The translations under genes and the position numbers were made by a program. Below the pieces are notes generated by a model, which was not told the DNA's origin, searched no databases, and saw nothing but the letters and a program-made list of their open reading frames with translations. Shown here in pieces: positions 25,486 through 40,212 of a stretch of DNA of 64,000 nt (positions are counted from its first letter, which is position 1; every line of letters begins with the position of its first letter). The stretch comes from Octopus sinensis (Eukaryota), in NCBI RefSeq assembly GCF_006345805.1, contig NC_042999.1, positions 42,594,001 to 42,658,000 of the forward strand, in the 5' to 3' direction.

Positions 25486-26235
25486 ACCTTCCTCTTTCGT
25501 TCTCCCCCTCTCTCTCTCTCTCTCTATACATATATATATATGTATATAAACAAAGTAAAGAGAGGCAGGTATACAGACAGAGATAGAAAGAGTAATATGA
25601 AATGAGAGAGAGAGAGAGAGAGAGAGTAAACAAAAACAAAGGAAAGAACGAAAAAGAAATGATTATGATAAAGCACGACTCTTCTCTCCATATTAATACA
25701 CACCCCTACATACACACACATCAAACAGGCGCACACATATCAAACATACATAAACACACATATATGCACCCAAAGAAATCAACACACACATTAGAAGGTT
25801 CTTTTCCACCATATCCATTCCCTGCATGAAAATGCTAAAAAGACAAAAGCAAGTACTTCTTTTTTTTTTTCCTTAAATCTATTTATATATTGTCAACCTT
25901 CTTTTCCTAGAATCTTTGCACCGAAAATAAATAACTAACAAAAGATGGAAAAATAAGTAACAAATACAGTGAAATACATATAAAAATGTAAAATATAAAA
26001 TATATATATGTGTGTGTGTGTGTATGTATATATATATGCAGATGACTTTATTTAAATTCCAAGTATTACTTAAGTTGTGAGCAAGAATGTCTTATTGATG
26101 CTCTGTTACAACAATGCTTTGGGTGAAAATTTTGCATATATCTATATACATACACAAATATATATACATACTTACATTAAAACACACACACACACACACA
26201 TATACATATATATATATATATTATATATATATATA

Positions 26236-26274
<39 letters not shown>

Positions 26275-27070
26275 TAAAAATGCATCTAAACACACAATAT
26301 GTACATGTGCAAAATACATATGTGTATGCATGTATATGCATTGCTCACCTTCCTCTTTCGTTCTCCCCCTCTCTCTCTCTCTCTCTATACATATATATAT
26401 ATGTATATAAACAAAGTAAAGAGAGGCAGGTATACAGACAGAGATAGAAAGAGTAATATGAAATGAGAGAGAGAGAGAGAGAGAGTAAACAAAAACAAAG
26501 GAAAGAACGAAAAAGAAATGATTATGATAAAGCACGACTCTTCTCTCCATATTAATACACACCCCTACATACACACACATCAAACAGGCGCACACATATC
26601 AAACATACATAAACACACATATATGCACCCAAAGAAATCAACACACACATTAGAAGGTTCTTTTCCACCTTATCCATTCCCTGCATGAAAATGCTAAAAA
26701 GACAAAAGCAAGTACTTCTTTTTTTTTTTCCTTAAATCTATTTATATATTGTCAACCTTCTTTTCCTAGAATCTTTGCACCGAAAATAAATAACTAACAA
26801 AAGATGGAAAAATAAGTAACAAATACAGTGAAATACATATAAAAATGTAAAATATAAAATATATATATGTGTGTGTGTGTGTATGTATATATATATGCAG
26901 ATGACTTTATTTAAATTCCAAGTATTACTTAAGTTGTGAGCAAGAATGTCTTATTGATGCTCTGTTACAACAATGCTTTGGGTGAAAATTTTGCATATAT
27001 CTATATACATACACAAATATATATACATACTTACATTAAAACACACACACACACACACATATATATATGT
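25381..27070. repeat. ~860-bp near-identical direct tandem duplication
   Basis: Same sequence at 25413 and 26274; ORFs with identical starts at 26077 and 26936. Differences seen are microsatellite lengths and about one substitution. Confidence 0.92.
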
Positions 27071-27073
27071 ATA

Positions 27074-27104
<31 letters not shown>

Positions 27105-28046
27105 CATCATCATCATCATCATCATTTAGTGTCCGTTTTCCATGCTAGCATGGGTTGGACGGTTCTACTGGGGTCTGTGAAGCCAGAAGGCTTCATCAGG
27201 CCCAGTCAAATCTGGCAGTGTTTCTACGGCTGGATGCCCTTCCTAACGCCAACCACTCCGTGAGTGTAGTGGGTGCTTTTAACGTGCCACCCGCACTGGT
27301 GCCAGACAGAGCTGGCAAACGGCCACGAACGGATGGTGCTTTTTATGTGCCACCGGCACGAGGGCCAGGCGAGGCTGGCAACGAACACGAAACGGGGCGG
27401 TGCTGGCAACGGTCGCGAAACGGAAAGTTCTCTTACATGCCACCGGCACTGGTAACACATCTGCATTTCCATTGATCGATTTCCATTGATCGATTTCGAT
27501 TCTGATCCTCACTTGCCTCAATGGGTCTTCACAAGCAGAGTTTCGACATGCCACCGGCACTGGTAGCACATCCGTAATTTCCATTGATCGATTTCGATTC
27601 TGATCCTCACTTGCCTCAACACGTCTTCACAAGTAGAGTTTTGTGTCCCAAGAAGGGAAGGTATGCATACGTAGGCTGGCTCCATCCCATGTAGAAGGCC
27701 ACGGGTTGTAGACTCACTTGTCCTGCCGGGTCTTCTCGCGCACAGCACACTTCCAGAGGTCTCGGTCTCTAGTCATTTCCTCAGTGAGACCTAAAGTTCG
27801 AAGGTCGTGCTTCACCACCTCGTCCCAGGTTTTCCTGGGTCTGCCTCTTCCACAGGTTCCCTCAACCGCTAGGGTGTGGCACTTTTTCACACAACTATCT
27901 TCATCCATTCTCGCCACATGACCATACCAGCGCAAACGTCTCTCTTGCACACCACAACTGATGCTTCTTAGGTCCAGCTTTTCTCTCAAGGTACTTACAC
28001 TCTGCCGAGTGTGAGTACCGGCATTACACATCCATCGGAGCATACT
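27105..28046 (-). mobile_element. 5'-truncated RTE LINE (ORF end plus 3' UTR)
   Basis: SMLRWMCN...[15 protein letters not shown]...GRGRPRKTW...KTRQDK* (stop at 27714), then UTR and (GAT)n tail. Confidence 0.92.
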
Positions 28047-28309
28047 GTATATATATATGTACATATATACAATACATATGTACATATATATAAATATATA
28101 CTGTACATGAATAAATGTATGTGTGTATATATATATATACATATGTACATATATATATATACACACATATATATATATACACATATATACATACATATAT
28201 ATACATATATATGCATATATATATATACATACACACATACATGTATATATATATACACATATACACACACATTCATACATATATATATATACACATATAC
28301 ACACACATT

Positions 28310-28375
<66 letters not shown>

Positions 28376-28738
28376 CATACATATAAACATATATGTATAC
28401 ATATATATATATACATATACACATACATATGAATATGTGTGTGTGTACATGAATATCTGTATGTAAGTGTGGATAGATAGATAGATAGATAGATATAATG
28501 TTTTTTGCAAGGTGGGACCCAATCTTTTAGGAGGGTTGGCATCTCCCTTTCCCCCCCCCCTCTTTCCACACATCCCTCCTCCCACTTTTTTTCCTTTCTG
28601 GAGGGAAAAACAAAAGCAAATGCAAAAACAAAAAAAAAATTAAAATAAAACAAAACAAAATAAATTTTAAAAAGCACAATAACAAAAATCGTATAAAAGA
28701 AAAAAAAAATATTAAATAGGAAATAAAAAAATACTTAC

Positions 28739-28882
28739 ATCAATGTTGTTTTTATCGACTGCACATGTAGCAATCATTGAAGTCATACAGTTGCCACCAA
28801 GGCTGTCCCTCAGCACAGATGTCATCATGGAATTTCTGTAAGGAATATGGGATCGATTTTTTTCCGAAAGTGCAACGATTAC
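28739..28882 (-). CDS. KIF6: KIF6-like exon, 144 nt: microtubule-binding loop L12
   Basis: [48 protein letters not shown], with HIPYR and DSLGG motifs. Long polypyrimidine tract then ctag acceptor, donor gtaagt, phase 0-0. Confidence 0.95.
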
Positions 28883-28998
28883 CTAGCAGTGAAAATAAAA
28901 CAGCAAAATAAAACAGAAATAAATAAATAAACAGAAAAGAAATGTTAAGGTACATTTTTATTTGTATTATAGTATATATATATCTATATTATGATATA

Positions 28999-29045
<47 letters not shown>

Positions 29046-29068
29046 AGAGTATGTGTGTGTATATATTA

Positions 29069-29135
<67 letters not shown>

Positions 29136-29216
29136 ATGAAGGCATGCATGTATGTCTGTCTACATTCATATATAAATATGTGTGAGTGAGTGTGTATATA
29201 TGTGTATGTATGTATG

Positions 29217-29249
<33 letters not shown>

Positions 29250-29434
29250 ACATATATATATATGTATAAGTATGTGTATATATATGTGTGTGTGTATGCA
29301 TGTATATATGCATATATTTATACATAAATATATGGATATGTATGTGTGTATATACATACATACACATACACATGAATATATGTATACGTATGTATATATG
29401 TATGTATATGTATGTATGTATATATATGTATAAG

Positions 29435-29479
<45 letters not shown>

Positions 29480-30322
29480 GAAAACACACTTCCTCTCATT
29501 GTGCTTATGAGGCACAGTTTTAGCATTCTTTACTAACATTTTCCCATAGTATTTTTAGGAGATTTTATTCATTTATTACTATTATTTTTTTCTTTTGTTT
29601 TCCTAACTATTAACTCATATCTACCTCTTTTTTTTTAAGGTCTTTTCTTCCACTTTTTATTAGATGTTCTGCTTTTTATCAACATTAGTAGTCCTATATT
29701 TTTTTTCATTGTATTTATTTTCGCTCATTTTTTTTTTTTCATGTAACCAGTATCACAATCTCATCATCTACCTCACACCCCACTCACCTTTTCTTCTTAA
29801 AGCAAAAGGAGGGGATAAAAATTTTACGCTTCCATACACTAACTTGCCATTGATGATGAAAACGTTAGCAGCAGGAAGAATACACACACACACACACACA
29901 CACACACAATGTGTGTGTGTGTGTGTGTTTGTATGATGATTTCACAGTGATGTGAATAGCAATTAAGTAGAAAGTGTACTCAATATTGCCAGATAGAGCG
30001 GAATAACATTATTTATTCAAAGCTGAAGTTTGAAGGAGTCACTACTGAGAATTTCTTGTTCCAACACACAGGTGACTGTGTATGTCTGTGTGTGTGTATT
30101 ACATGTAATATATATAGTGATATGTAAAGATAAGATCCAGGAATCAGAGTGTAGGAAGTTAGTAAGTTTTTAGCAGTCTGTAGAAGGTATAAAAAAACAA
30201 TTTTCAATAACAATAGTGGTTTATTGACATATAAGGTTGTAAATTTTTCCCATATCAAAGTTTGATAAGCTGGAAAAAGTTATTTCATAGTTCACAACTG
30301 TGAATTTTAATATATATATATA

Positions 30323-30550
30323 TTGGGTTGGTGCAGAATTATTGCAGCTTTTTTTCAACAAATTTTATTCAACAAAAACAATAACAGTATTTAACAAAAA
30401 CATCTTTAAATGATGCTCTGACCGTTTGCCAAACAAATGGGAAGCAGTAATTGAAGTAGATGGTGAATATGCTCCAGAATAATCATTTAAAAATGTTTTT
30501 TTATTAGATGTTGTTATTGTTTTTGTTGAATAAAATTTGTTGAAAAAAAA
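30323..30550. mobile_element. Mariner 3'-end foldback
   Basis: TA^ttgggttggtgc TIR. Arms 30351-30386 and 30512-30547 are reverse complements. The centre encodes DRLPNKWEAVIEVDGEYAPE*, a mariner C-terminus. Confidence 0.7.
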
Positions 30551-30574
30551 AAAATATATATATATATATATATA

Positions 30575-30810
30575 AAATGGGACAGTAACGCAAAACATCC
30601 GGACCGCTAGTTGATAGAAAAAGGGACAACAAAACATCTAGATAGACGATACAAAGACAACAAGGATGGGTCATTCGAAGTTTTCTTTCCTCAGTCAAGC
30701 ACCAGATTATCCTCGCAATTTCAGATGATTATTCTTGAGATTGCTTGAATCTGGCCAGCCCCAAGGAAAAACTAAGCTAAGAGTATTAGGTTCCTGAGAA
30801 GAAAGCAGTG
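30575..30810 (-). mobile_element. Penelope-like terminal repeat fragment, related to 43870-44088
   Basis: The reverse complement aligns with ttagcttagttttcc..ggggctggccagatt..gcaatctc..gaaattgcgaggat. Confidence 0.55.
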
Positions 30811-30819
30811 AATAGATAA

Positions 30820-31345
30820 CAACACCTTCCATGGGTGAAGACCACTTTTAACCTGAGGTGCCAGTGTTTTTCCTTTCCCTGCCCACAGCCTTCAGCGCTT
30901 GAGATTTTTATAGAGAATCCATTTCTGGTCACCAATCACTATTCAGTCCAAAAAAGGTTCATTCGTGAGATGTGACAGCAAAGAAGAGCAAACATTCACT
31001 CTCTCCACATGATTTGACTTGGAAAGTTTGTGAGGAACCCATTGACCCAATTTGCTGACTTTTCTGATGGCAGGCAGGTGCTAGTTCCTCAACAGTTACA
31101 ATGGGATTTTGTTCCATCAGGGTTTGCAAGACATCCTCATTGAGCTCTACAGATCTTCCAGATGAGGCTCAATTCTAGGCAGTAGCTTACAGCTCAGAAT
31201 TCCTGGAACCACTGTTGACACTGGCTTACACTTATTGTCCAATCCCCCATATACTGCATTAATATTCCTCGCACTTTCCGTTGTTCTTGCCTTTATTCAA
31301 CTCATAAAGCAAAATATGCCGAATATGCTCCTTTGTCACTTCCAT
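30820..31345 (-). pseudogene. Mariner transposase relic (N-terminal half)
   Basis: MEVTKEHIRHILLYELNKG..., KLGQWVPHKL, FLD*IVIGDQKWILY..., LHPWKV. Stops, frameshifts and a deletion are present. Confidence 0.85.
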
Positions 31346-31982
31346 TAGAGCTTTGAAAAAATTAACTGTTAAAATCGAACTGCACTCTTCAAAACTTGCA
31401 CTAAGAATAAGGCAGGGAAATATTACTACCTGCTTTTATAGCAAGTTGATGCAGGTAATTTATCCTGTCCCCATTTGTAAGTCTAGAACTTTTTCTATTG
31501 GTCTCTTTTGCTGAACTACTAAGTTACAGAGACGTAAACACACCAACATTGGTTGTCAAGCGATGGTAGGGAGACAAACACACACACACAGACACACATG
31601 CACATAAATATATAAATATGTGTGTATATATATATACAACAGGCTTCTTTCAGTTTCCATCTAACAAATCCATTCACAAGGCTTTGATCATCCTGGGGCT
31701 ATAGTAGAAGACACTTGCCCAAGGTGCCATGCAGTGGGACTGAAACCAGAACCATGTGGTTGGGAAGCATGTTCCTTCTTATCACACAGCCATGCCTGCT
31801 AGCAAAAAAATTAGCTAAATTTTATAGGCAGAAGCATAGCTGTGTGGTTAAGAAGCTCATTTTGCAACCACATAGTTTGGGGTTCAGTCCCAGTACATGG
31901 CACCTTCAGCAAATATCTTCTATTATAGTCACAAGTCAACCAAAGCCTTGTAATTGAATCCGGTAGACAAATAATGTGTGGA

Positions 31983-32035
<53 letters not shown>

Positions 32036-32646
32036 TTAGAGTTTGCATTTGTCACCTTTTCCACCACTTGACAACTGGCACTGGGGTGTATACACTTCCG
32101 TAACTTAGCAGTTCAGCAAAACAGAACACTAGAACAATTACCAGACTCTTAGAAAATAAGGACTGGGGTCAAATTGTTTGTCTAAATGTTTCAAATAATA
32201 GTTTAAGGCAGTACTCCAGCATGGCCATAGTACAATGATTGAAACAAGTAATAAGTAAAAGATAAATCAAGACACAAAAAAATACGCAAAAAACATGCCC
32301 ACAAATGTATAAAATTAGGGGAAACATTTAGAAAAGGTCCAAGAAGCACAAAGAACACTTCAGTGACCCATTGTGGCCTAGACAAACCACTTATTGTCAA
32401 CCCCTGTCCTAGAAGCAAGATGACTTAACCTTTTCCTAAGCATATGTATTTTTTACTCTTTTACTCTTTATTTGTTTCAGTCATTTGACTGTGACCATGC
32501 TGGAGCCCACCTTTAGTTGAGCAAATCAACCCCAGGACTTATTCTATCAGTCCCATTTGTCGAACCGCTAAGTTACAGGGATGTAAACACACCAGCATTG
32601 GTTGTCAAGCAGTGTCGGGTGGACAAACACAGACACACAAACATAT

Positions 32647-32688
<42 letters not shown>

Positions 32689-33229
32689 CAGGCTTCTTTC
32701 AGTTTCCATCTACAAAATCCACTCACAAGGCTTTGGTCAGCCCGAGGCTGTAGTAGAAGACACTTGCCCAAGGTACCACACAGTGGGACTGAACCTGGAA
32801 TCATGTGGTTGGTAAGCAAGCTACTTACCACACACCCACTCCCACACCTATTTCTATTAATTTTTCAAAATAATTAAAAAATTAGAGGGATTTAATAAAA
32901 CAGTTATGACTTCTTGTATTTCCCAGTTACCGTTGTTAATTTAACCCTAGTATACCTGGGACTACATCAGCTGATATGTCCCTTTTATTTAAAGATGGTA
33001 GTGTGAGATTTATAAGAGATGTGGTTGTTGTTTTCAGTAAGGTGGTATAACCATATAAAGTTCATATGTTATTTCGTTAATTTAAAAGATCTTTACTTCC
33101 AACAATGCCACAATTTTTTAGTTTTCTCAAATCTAACATTATCATTTATGAAACATCTGATGAAATCTAACATTATCGTTTATTTTTGTGTTCATTGGGA
33201 TCTTCCATGTAAATACCATTTCGTGCAGG

Positions 33230-33750
33230 TGATTAATGGTGGGGTTGGCAAAGTGGAACCCGGTAAAGTCATAGATTGTTTGGGCTTAAAAGAGTTAAGA
33301 AGGTATATACCTCATAACAATCCATCAGAACTGTGGAGAGAACCTGAGGAAGAAGTAGACCCAGGAACACATGAGATGAGGTGGTAAAGCATGATCTGCA
33401 AATTTTAGGCCTTACGGAGACAATGACAAGTGACCAGGACCTTTGACAATATGCATACTTGATATGCTATGTTGGGCCTCATGAAGGGGATAAGTAAGTG
33501 AAACTTTTGGTGATATACCATGCTTGAGAAGGCTTGTCAAGCCGAGTAAAATCGTAGTTGTGACCGATGGCATGTATAAAGCACCCATTACACTCTTGGA
33601 GTGGTTGGTGTTAGGATGGGCATCCAGCTATAAAAACCACACCAAATCAGATTGGAACCTGGTGCAGCTCTCCAGCTTACTAGTCTCAGTCAAACCGTAT
33701 AACCCATGCCAGCAAGGGAAGCAGACACTGAATGATGATGATGATGATAT
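33230..33750 (+). mobile_element. Degenerate RTE ORF end plus 3' UTR
   Basis: [23 protein letters not shown] matches the RTE C-terminus; ends in (GAT)n. Confidence 0.75.
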
Positions 33751-33984
33751 GCACATTTTCAAAAACACCTCTAATTAGTTACCATCTATGAATACATGCA
33801 CATCTGTGTAGTTAAGAAGTACTCTTGACAACATTGTACTTCCTAGTTCAATCCCACCAGAGGGTACCTTGGCCAAATATCTTTAACCATAATCTTGAGT
33901 TGGTCGGTACTTTGTGAGTCAAATGTGGTCAAAGAAAACAGCAGAAACCCATTGTGTATCATGATCACTGTCTTCCTCATTTAA

Positions 33985-34428
33985 CCCTTTCGTTACCAAC
34001 CTGGCTGAAACCAGCTCTGGTTCAGTAGTACAAGCATCTTGTTTTCATAAGTTATGAATTAAAATCTTCCACCAAACCTTAGTCCCAATTTATGTTCCTA
34101 ATGCTAGCTTAACCCTTTAGTGTTCAGATTATCCTATCAAACATAATGCTTATTGATTCCCATTGATTTGAATTAATCATGTATTATCTCATATCTTCAA
34201 GATGTTGATGGTGTAATTACTTAATGTAGAATAACATTGTAGGGTAGGTGTGAGAGCCTGGATCTGGTCAGTTTGAACATAAAACAGATTAAATATTTTG
34301 GCTGGATATGGCCGGTTTAAATACTAAAGGGTTAATGATAACTAAGTTATTTTACTAAATTCTTTGTTATATTTAAAGTAATTGAAAGAAACACAGAGTA
34401 TCACAAAATAAATACGGTAACGAAAGGG
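33985..34428. mobile_element. piggyBac-type MITE (outer)
   Basis: TTAA-ccctttcgttacc ... ggtaacgaaaggg-TTAA: perfect 13-bp TIR and TTAA TSD. Confidence 0.88.
34113..34331. mobile_element. piggyBac-type MITE (nested inner)
   Basis: TTAA-ccctttagtgtt ... aatactaaaggg-TTAA: TIR matches at 11/12. Confidence 0.85.
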
Positions 34429-35000
34429 TTAATGTTCACTTTTCCACTCTTACAAGGATCAGACAAAATTTGTTGAAGCAAATTTTACTCTGACTGGATG
34501 TGCTTCTTGTTACCAACCCTAGCCTGATTCCAGGCAACATATTTTCCCATAGATGGGCATGTTTTTCAGAGAAGACCATAAACGGACAACTTCACTTGTA
34601 TCAGGATAATGGTCATTACAACCATCACATGATGTCTAGAAAGGCATGCACACATGCACACATGGTGCAGGCATGGCTGTGTAGCAAGAAACTTGCTTCC
34701 CAACCACATGGTTCCAGGTTCAGTCCTGTTGCATGGCACCTTGTGAGTGGATTTTGTAGATGGAAACTGAAAGAAACCTGTTGTATATATATATATATTT
34801 TATGGAGATGTACTTGCATAGCAAGTGACCTGATCTGAGATCATGTGCTAGAATGTGCTACACGGAATTTTGTCAGTGAATAGGTCGCAGCCTCAAAACG
34901 ACAAAAATATTTTAGCAAATTAAATTTAAATGTTGAAGTGAATCTAATGGTTTTTGTGTGTTTCTTAAATGGCTTATAAACACTTTCCATGCTGCAATTG

Positions 35001-35044
<44 letters not shown>

Positions 35045-36703
35045 ATAGCAAATGAAAAACAGAAGATAAAGTATACATATATATATAGAGAGAAAGGTTA
35101 TGCGAGGTAATGGTGTCAATAATGGTGTCAGGTAATGCTGAGTAAGTGCCATGGATAGACCATAATTAAACTCCAGGTTTGGTGTTTATGCGAATAAGGA
35201 GTCCAACGTAGGTCATATATTTATGTGTGTGTGTCTATGTCTGTGTTTGTCCTCCCCACCATGCTTGACAACTGATGTTGGTGTGTTTACATCCCTATAA
35301 CTTAGCAGTTCGGCAGAAGAGACCAGTAGAATAAACACCACGCTTACAAAGAATAAGTCCAGGGTTGATTTCTTTGACTAAAAGGTGGTACTCCAGCATG
35401 ACCACAGTCAATTGACTGAAACAAACAAAAGAATAAAAGAACATATACAACAAGCTTTTTTCAGTTTCCATTCATAAAATCAATTCGCAAGGCTTTGGTC
35501 AGCCCAGAGCTAGAGTAGAAATAGTTGCCCAAGGTGCCAAGTTGTGGAACTGAACCCAAGACCATATGGTTGGAAAGCAAGTTTTTCATCCATACATACA
35601 CCTATGCATTTATCTGTAGATATACATTATCTCTCTATATATAGATATATATATATATAGGGAGAGAGAGAAACAAATATACTTATATATTTAGATATGT
35701 ACATAACTACATCTTCACCTTATGTTAGTGAAGAAAATAAACACTGGTGAAAAAAACCAAAAAACCCTGAAAGACTAGTGCTTTACAAATAAAGTCTATT
35801 GATATATTTGTTCTGCATCAAGTTACACAAACTCCCTTGCCACTCTTACCATTACATCTACAATGAACCAGTGATTGGTCCATTGAAAACATGCAACCAA
35901 TGATCAGAAACTGTGATATATGATGAAAATATTAATAAATCTATCACAAGTTCTTTCTATTATGGACAATTATTCGACATATGGCTGACAAAAAGTGTAA
36001 AGACACTGGATACAATACAAGCATTTGAATACTATTATGGAGCCAAAAGCACTTAGTTATATTTTATTTGCATCCAAACTTACAACAAAATTTCCATAGT
36101 GCAAGAAATATTCAATATCAAACTTCTTTACCACATTTTTTTTTTTTGCATATAATTCTTTATAAATTAAAACAAAAATTTCCCATCAAAATACAGTAAC
36201 GCATATGTACGTGCTTCGTAAAAATAAATACTTGCCAACATACATATTCATACGATTTACACAATTCAAAATTGGCAACTGTAATTTATTCCACGCATGA
36301 TTCTCTATACAATTTCATAATTATTAACTTATTCAACACTGTATAGATGTCAAATATTTACAAATTACACAGTTCATTAACTAGACATCAATTTTTGCAT
36401 AATCTTTCCTTTTATTATTTTTTTTTTTTTTGGCATTTTGATTTTTTTTTTCTTAGCATTTTCATTTTTATTTTTTAAATAATTATTTCTACTTACATTT
36501 TTCCAAAAAAAGAGAGAGAAAAATCACTGAAATTAACATAACAAATGACAGAAAAAATATGGTAAGGCACAATGAAGGTTACAACAATAACACATTAATA
36601 GTGAGTAGAGCTGATAGTAATCACAAATTGACATGTGGGCATTGACATTCAGGCCTTATACATGCATGCATGCATACATACATACATGACATACATACAT
36701 ACA

Positions 36704-36734
<31 letters not shown>

Positions 36735-36974
36735 CTATATGTGTAAGTGTTCATATAGGTACAGTAGGCTGAACAGTTAAGAGGTTTGCACTAACTAGTC
36801 TAGAAATCAAACTCAAAGCCTTATGATTGTAAATCCAGCACCCTGACCACTAGGCCATATAACTTAGACAGACAAGCAGACATAGGCAGATATAGATAGA
36901 CAGATAGATGAATAGATACATATATACATACATACATACATACGTACATGCATACATACGTAGATTTTTTTTTT

Positions 36975-37266
36975 ATTTATGTGCCCTTTTCAAAGCTAGC
37001 CAGGCTCATGGGCCCAGTTTCCCAGTTTCTATGGTGTATGTGTTCCCCAGCTGGTCAGGATGCCAGTCCATCGCAGCATTACTCAAAAAACAGGAAGAGA
37101 GAGTGAGAGAAAGTTGTGGTGAAAGAGTACAACAGGGGTCGCCACCACCCCCTGCCGGAGCCTCGTGGAGCTTTAGGTGTTTTCGCTCAATAAACACACA
37201 CAACGCCCGGTCTGGGAATCAAAACCGCGAGTCCGCTGCCCTAACCACTGGGCCATTGCACCTCCA
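36975..37266 (-). mobile_element. SINE family D (tRNA-like head tggaggtgcaatggcccagtggttagggcagcggactc)
   Basis: A-box-like head. A partial related copy lies at ~50885-51042. Confidence 0.7.
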
Positions 37267-37657
37267 GCATACATAATATACATACATAAATGTGTGTGTG
37301 TTGTGTGTTTGTGCATCCATGTGAGGGAGAGAGAGAGTGTATGTCTGTGAAAGTGTATGTGTGTGTGATAGCATTTTGATCACAAATATGTCTTTTTACA
37401 AAGTAATTCTACAGACAAAATGAAGAAAACGCTTGTTTTTTTTTGGTTTTTTTTGTAATCTAGGGTCAATATTTTTGCAAGCAGTGGTAGGTATGGCTGA
37501 GTGATTAAGAAGCTTACTTCCAAACCATGCGCTCTCAAGTTCAGTTCCCTGTCTTGACTATCTTGCCCCTTGGGTAAGTGTCTTTTACTACAGACCAGAG
37601 CCAACCAAAGCCTTGTGGGATGATTTGGTAGATGAAAGCTGAAAGCAGCTTGTCATA

Positions 37658-37723
<66 letters not shown>

Positions 37724-38645
37724 CGTGTGTGTGTGTGTACGTTTGTGTTTATGTGTACTCTTGTTTCAACATCCTGTAATGGTTGTCAATTAGCATAACC
37801 ATCATACAAACAATGTTATTCATTTCCAGTCTCCAATGGAAAGTATGTGTGGCCAGGAGAGATATTACTTTGATTGGAAACAGGTGAGGTTGGCATCAGG
37901 AAAGGCATCCAGCCATAGAAAAATCTGCTTCAATGAATTTCATGTGACTCAAGCATGGGAGAGTGGGAATTAATAGATGATGCTGATGATGATGATGATG
38001 ATGATGATGACAATGATGATGATGATGATGACGATGATGACGAGGATGTTGATGACCATGTAAAACCATAATGCTCTTAGCACAATGCATTTAATGCTCC
38101 TAATAATGGCTATGCTCATAAGCCAAGCCACCAATCCAATATCTATGAAAAGTGACAAGAGTGCCAAGTACTAAGACAGTCTGTTATGCAACTGTAAAAA
38201 TTACTGAATCATGTTCACTTGATTGTAAATGCAATACAGGAACAATTGTTTTTTGAGCTGATGTGGTCATTCTCCTTCAAATTCAAAAACATTTCAAATT
38301 ATTCAGAAGCAAATGTAAGAAATACTATAAAAGCTATTAGGTGAATCAGAAGTTCTTTTAAATTTTCTAGTTAGAGAAACACCACAGCTCTATCAAACTA
38401 TGTGGGGCATCTGCAAGAGACACCTACGAATTTTAAAATGTCATTATATATCTTAGCTGCCAATGACAAATATATTAATAGAAATTCACTAGTAATGTCA
38501 AATGAGAAAACATGTCAAATATCCACAAAATCACCAGACATTTTAAGCTGCAAAAATTGAGTTAATGCCTGTCACTCAGAAGACAAGTTTTAATTGCATT
38601 ATAACGGAAAGGCATTCAGATTGGATTAATTCATTACATATAGAT

Positions 38646-39057
38646 TACTCTTTACTCTTTTACTTGTTTCAGTCATTTGACTGCGGCCATGTTGGAGCAC
38701 CGCCTTTAGTCGAGCAACTCGACCTCGGGACTTATTCTTTGTAAGCCCAGTACTTATTCTATCGGTCTCTTTTGCCGAACCGCTAAGTGATGGGGACGTA
38801 AACACACCAACATCGGTTGTCAAGCAATGCTAGGGGGACAAACACAGACACAAACATACACACAGACGCATATATATATATATATACATATATACGACGG
38901 GCTTCTTTCAGTTTCCGTCTACCAAATCCACTCACAAGGCTTTGGTCAGCCCGAGGCTATAGTAGAAGACACTTGCCCAAGGTGCCATGCAGTGGGACTG
39001 AACCCGGAACCATGTGGTTGGTAAGCAAGCTACTTACCACACAGCCACTCTTGCGTC
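38646..39057 (-). mobile_element. SINE family A, full-length and young
   Basis: Close to the reverse complement of 21730-22144, with many CpGs retained. Confidence 0.88.
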
Positions 39058-39320
39058 TACAGATTGTTTGCACTGCCAGAAGTTAATCCATTGACATCAA
39101 GATGAGGTCAACAGAAAAACTCCAAGTTGTTCAATTACTGCTGCATCATCTGGCCACATTGAAGCTTTCACCATCAACATCTTTTAAGAAATGCTTTCAG
39201 TCATCAAAAGCATTCAGCACTAAAACCCAACTGAATAATAGCCACCTTGCTGGCTTTTGTTCAACACATATGCTACTGAAGACAAGAAAATGTCATGCTT
39301 TGCATGTGATCGGATGAATA

Positions 39321-40210
39321 CGAGGTCTGATCAATAAGTATCCGAACTGTTGCCATAGTAACGAAGCTAAAACATGCAGAGTGAAGCTGCTTGGCAGAAA
39401 TTGATCGTGAACTCTGTTGTGCATGCAGACAAAGTTTTAATATTCTAGCTTACTTCCACTGTTTACAGCAGTGCTTTGAAGGAATGTATGTAGCATGTAA
39501 TCATTGCATTGACCATGACAGAAGTTGTCATGGCGATACCTGCTCAGAGGCCAACACAAAGTTGAAGAAAGTGTATGGAGAGGGGTGTATGAGCCACACA
39601 CAAAGTGTACGAGTGGTTTAGACGTTTCCAAGATGATGAAAAAAATGTCGATATTCACGAACATTCTGGGAGACCAGCAACCTGCAGAACTGAGAAAAAC
39701 ATTGCAGATGTGCATGCAGCTGTGAGGGGAAATTGTCGAATCACCACCCTGTGAGTTATCAGAGGATGTGCAGATTAGTTGCAGTTCAGTTCAGTACATT
39801 ATCACTGAAGATTTGTGTATGAGACATGTGTCTGCCAAGTCTGTGCCAAAACTGCTTTCAGCTGACCAAAAGGACACTTGGATTTCAGTTGCATAAGATC
39901 TCCTTGATTGTGTTGAGAAAAATGAAAACGTTTTAAAAACATTGTGTAGGTCTCTGAGAAGGTATCGCCAAGCTTTTGGCAAAATTTGATGCAGATTCTC
40001 TCCTCTACTTTCTCTGTCATGGTCAATGAGATGATCACACATTACACACCTTCCTTCCAAGCACTGCTGTAAACAGTGGAAGTAAACTAGAATGTTAAAA
40101 GTTAGAGCACATGCACAGCAGAGTTCAAGGTCAGTCTATGCCAAGTGGCTTCACTTGCATGCTTTAGCTTTGTTACTATGACAACAGTCTGGATACTTGT
40201 TGATACCCTG
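39321..40210. mobile_element. Mariner derivative with two 5' ends (~200-bp inverted repeats)
   Basis: TA-flanked. The + strand gives GDTCSEANTKLKKVYGE..EWFRRFQD..HSGRP..VSAKSVPKLL and the - strand gives MTEKVEERICIKFCQKLGDTFSETYTM. 39321-39523 pairs with ~40013-40210. Confidence 0.85.
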
Positions 40211-40212
40211 TA

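Noticed and set aside
27714-29539. Long YI/HT/CV-rich ORFs
   Set aside because: Dinucleotide microsatellites lack stop codons. Only the RTE portion (27714-28046) is genuine protein-derived sequence.
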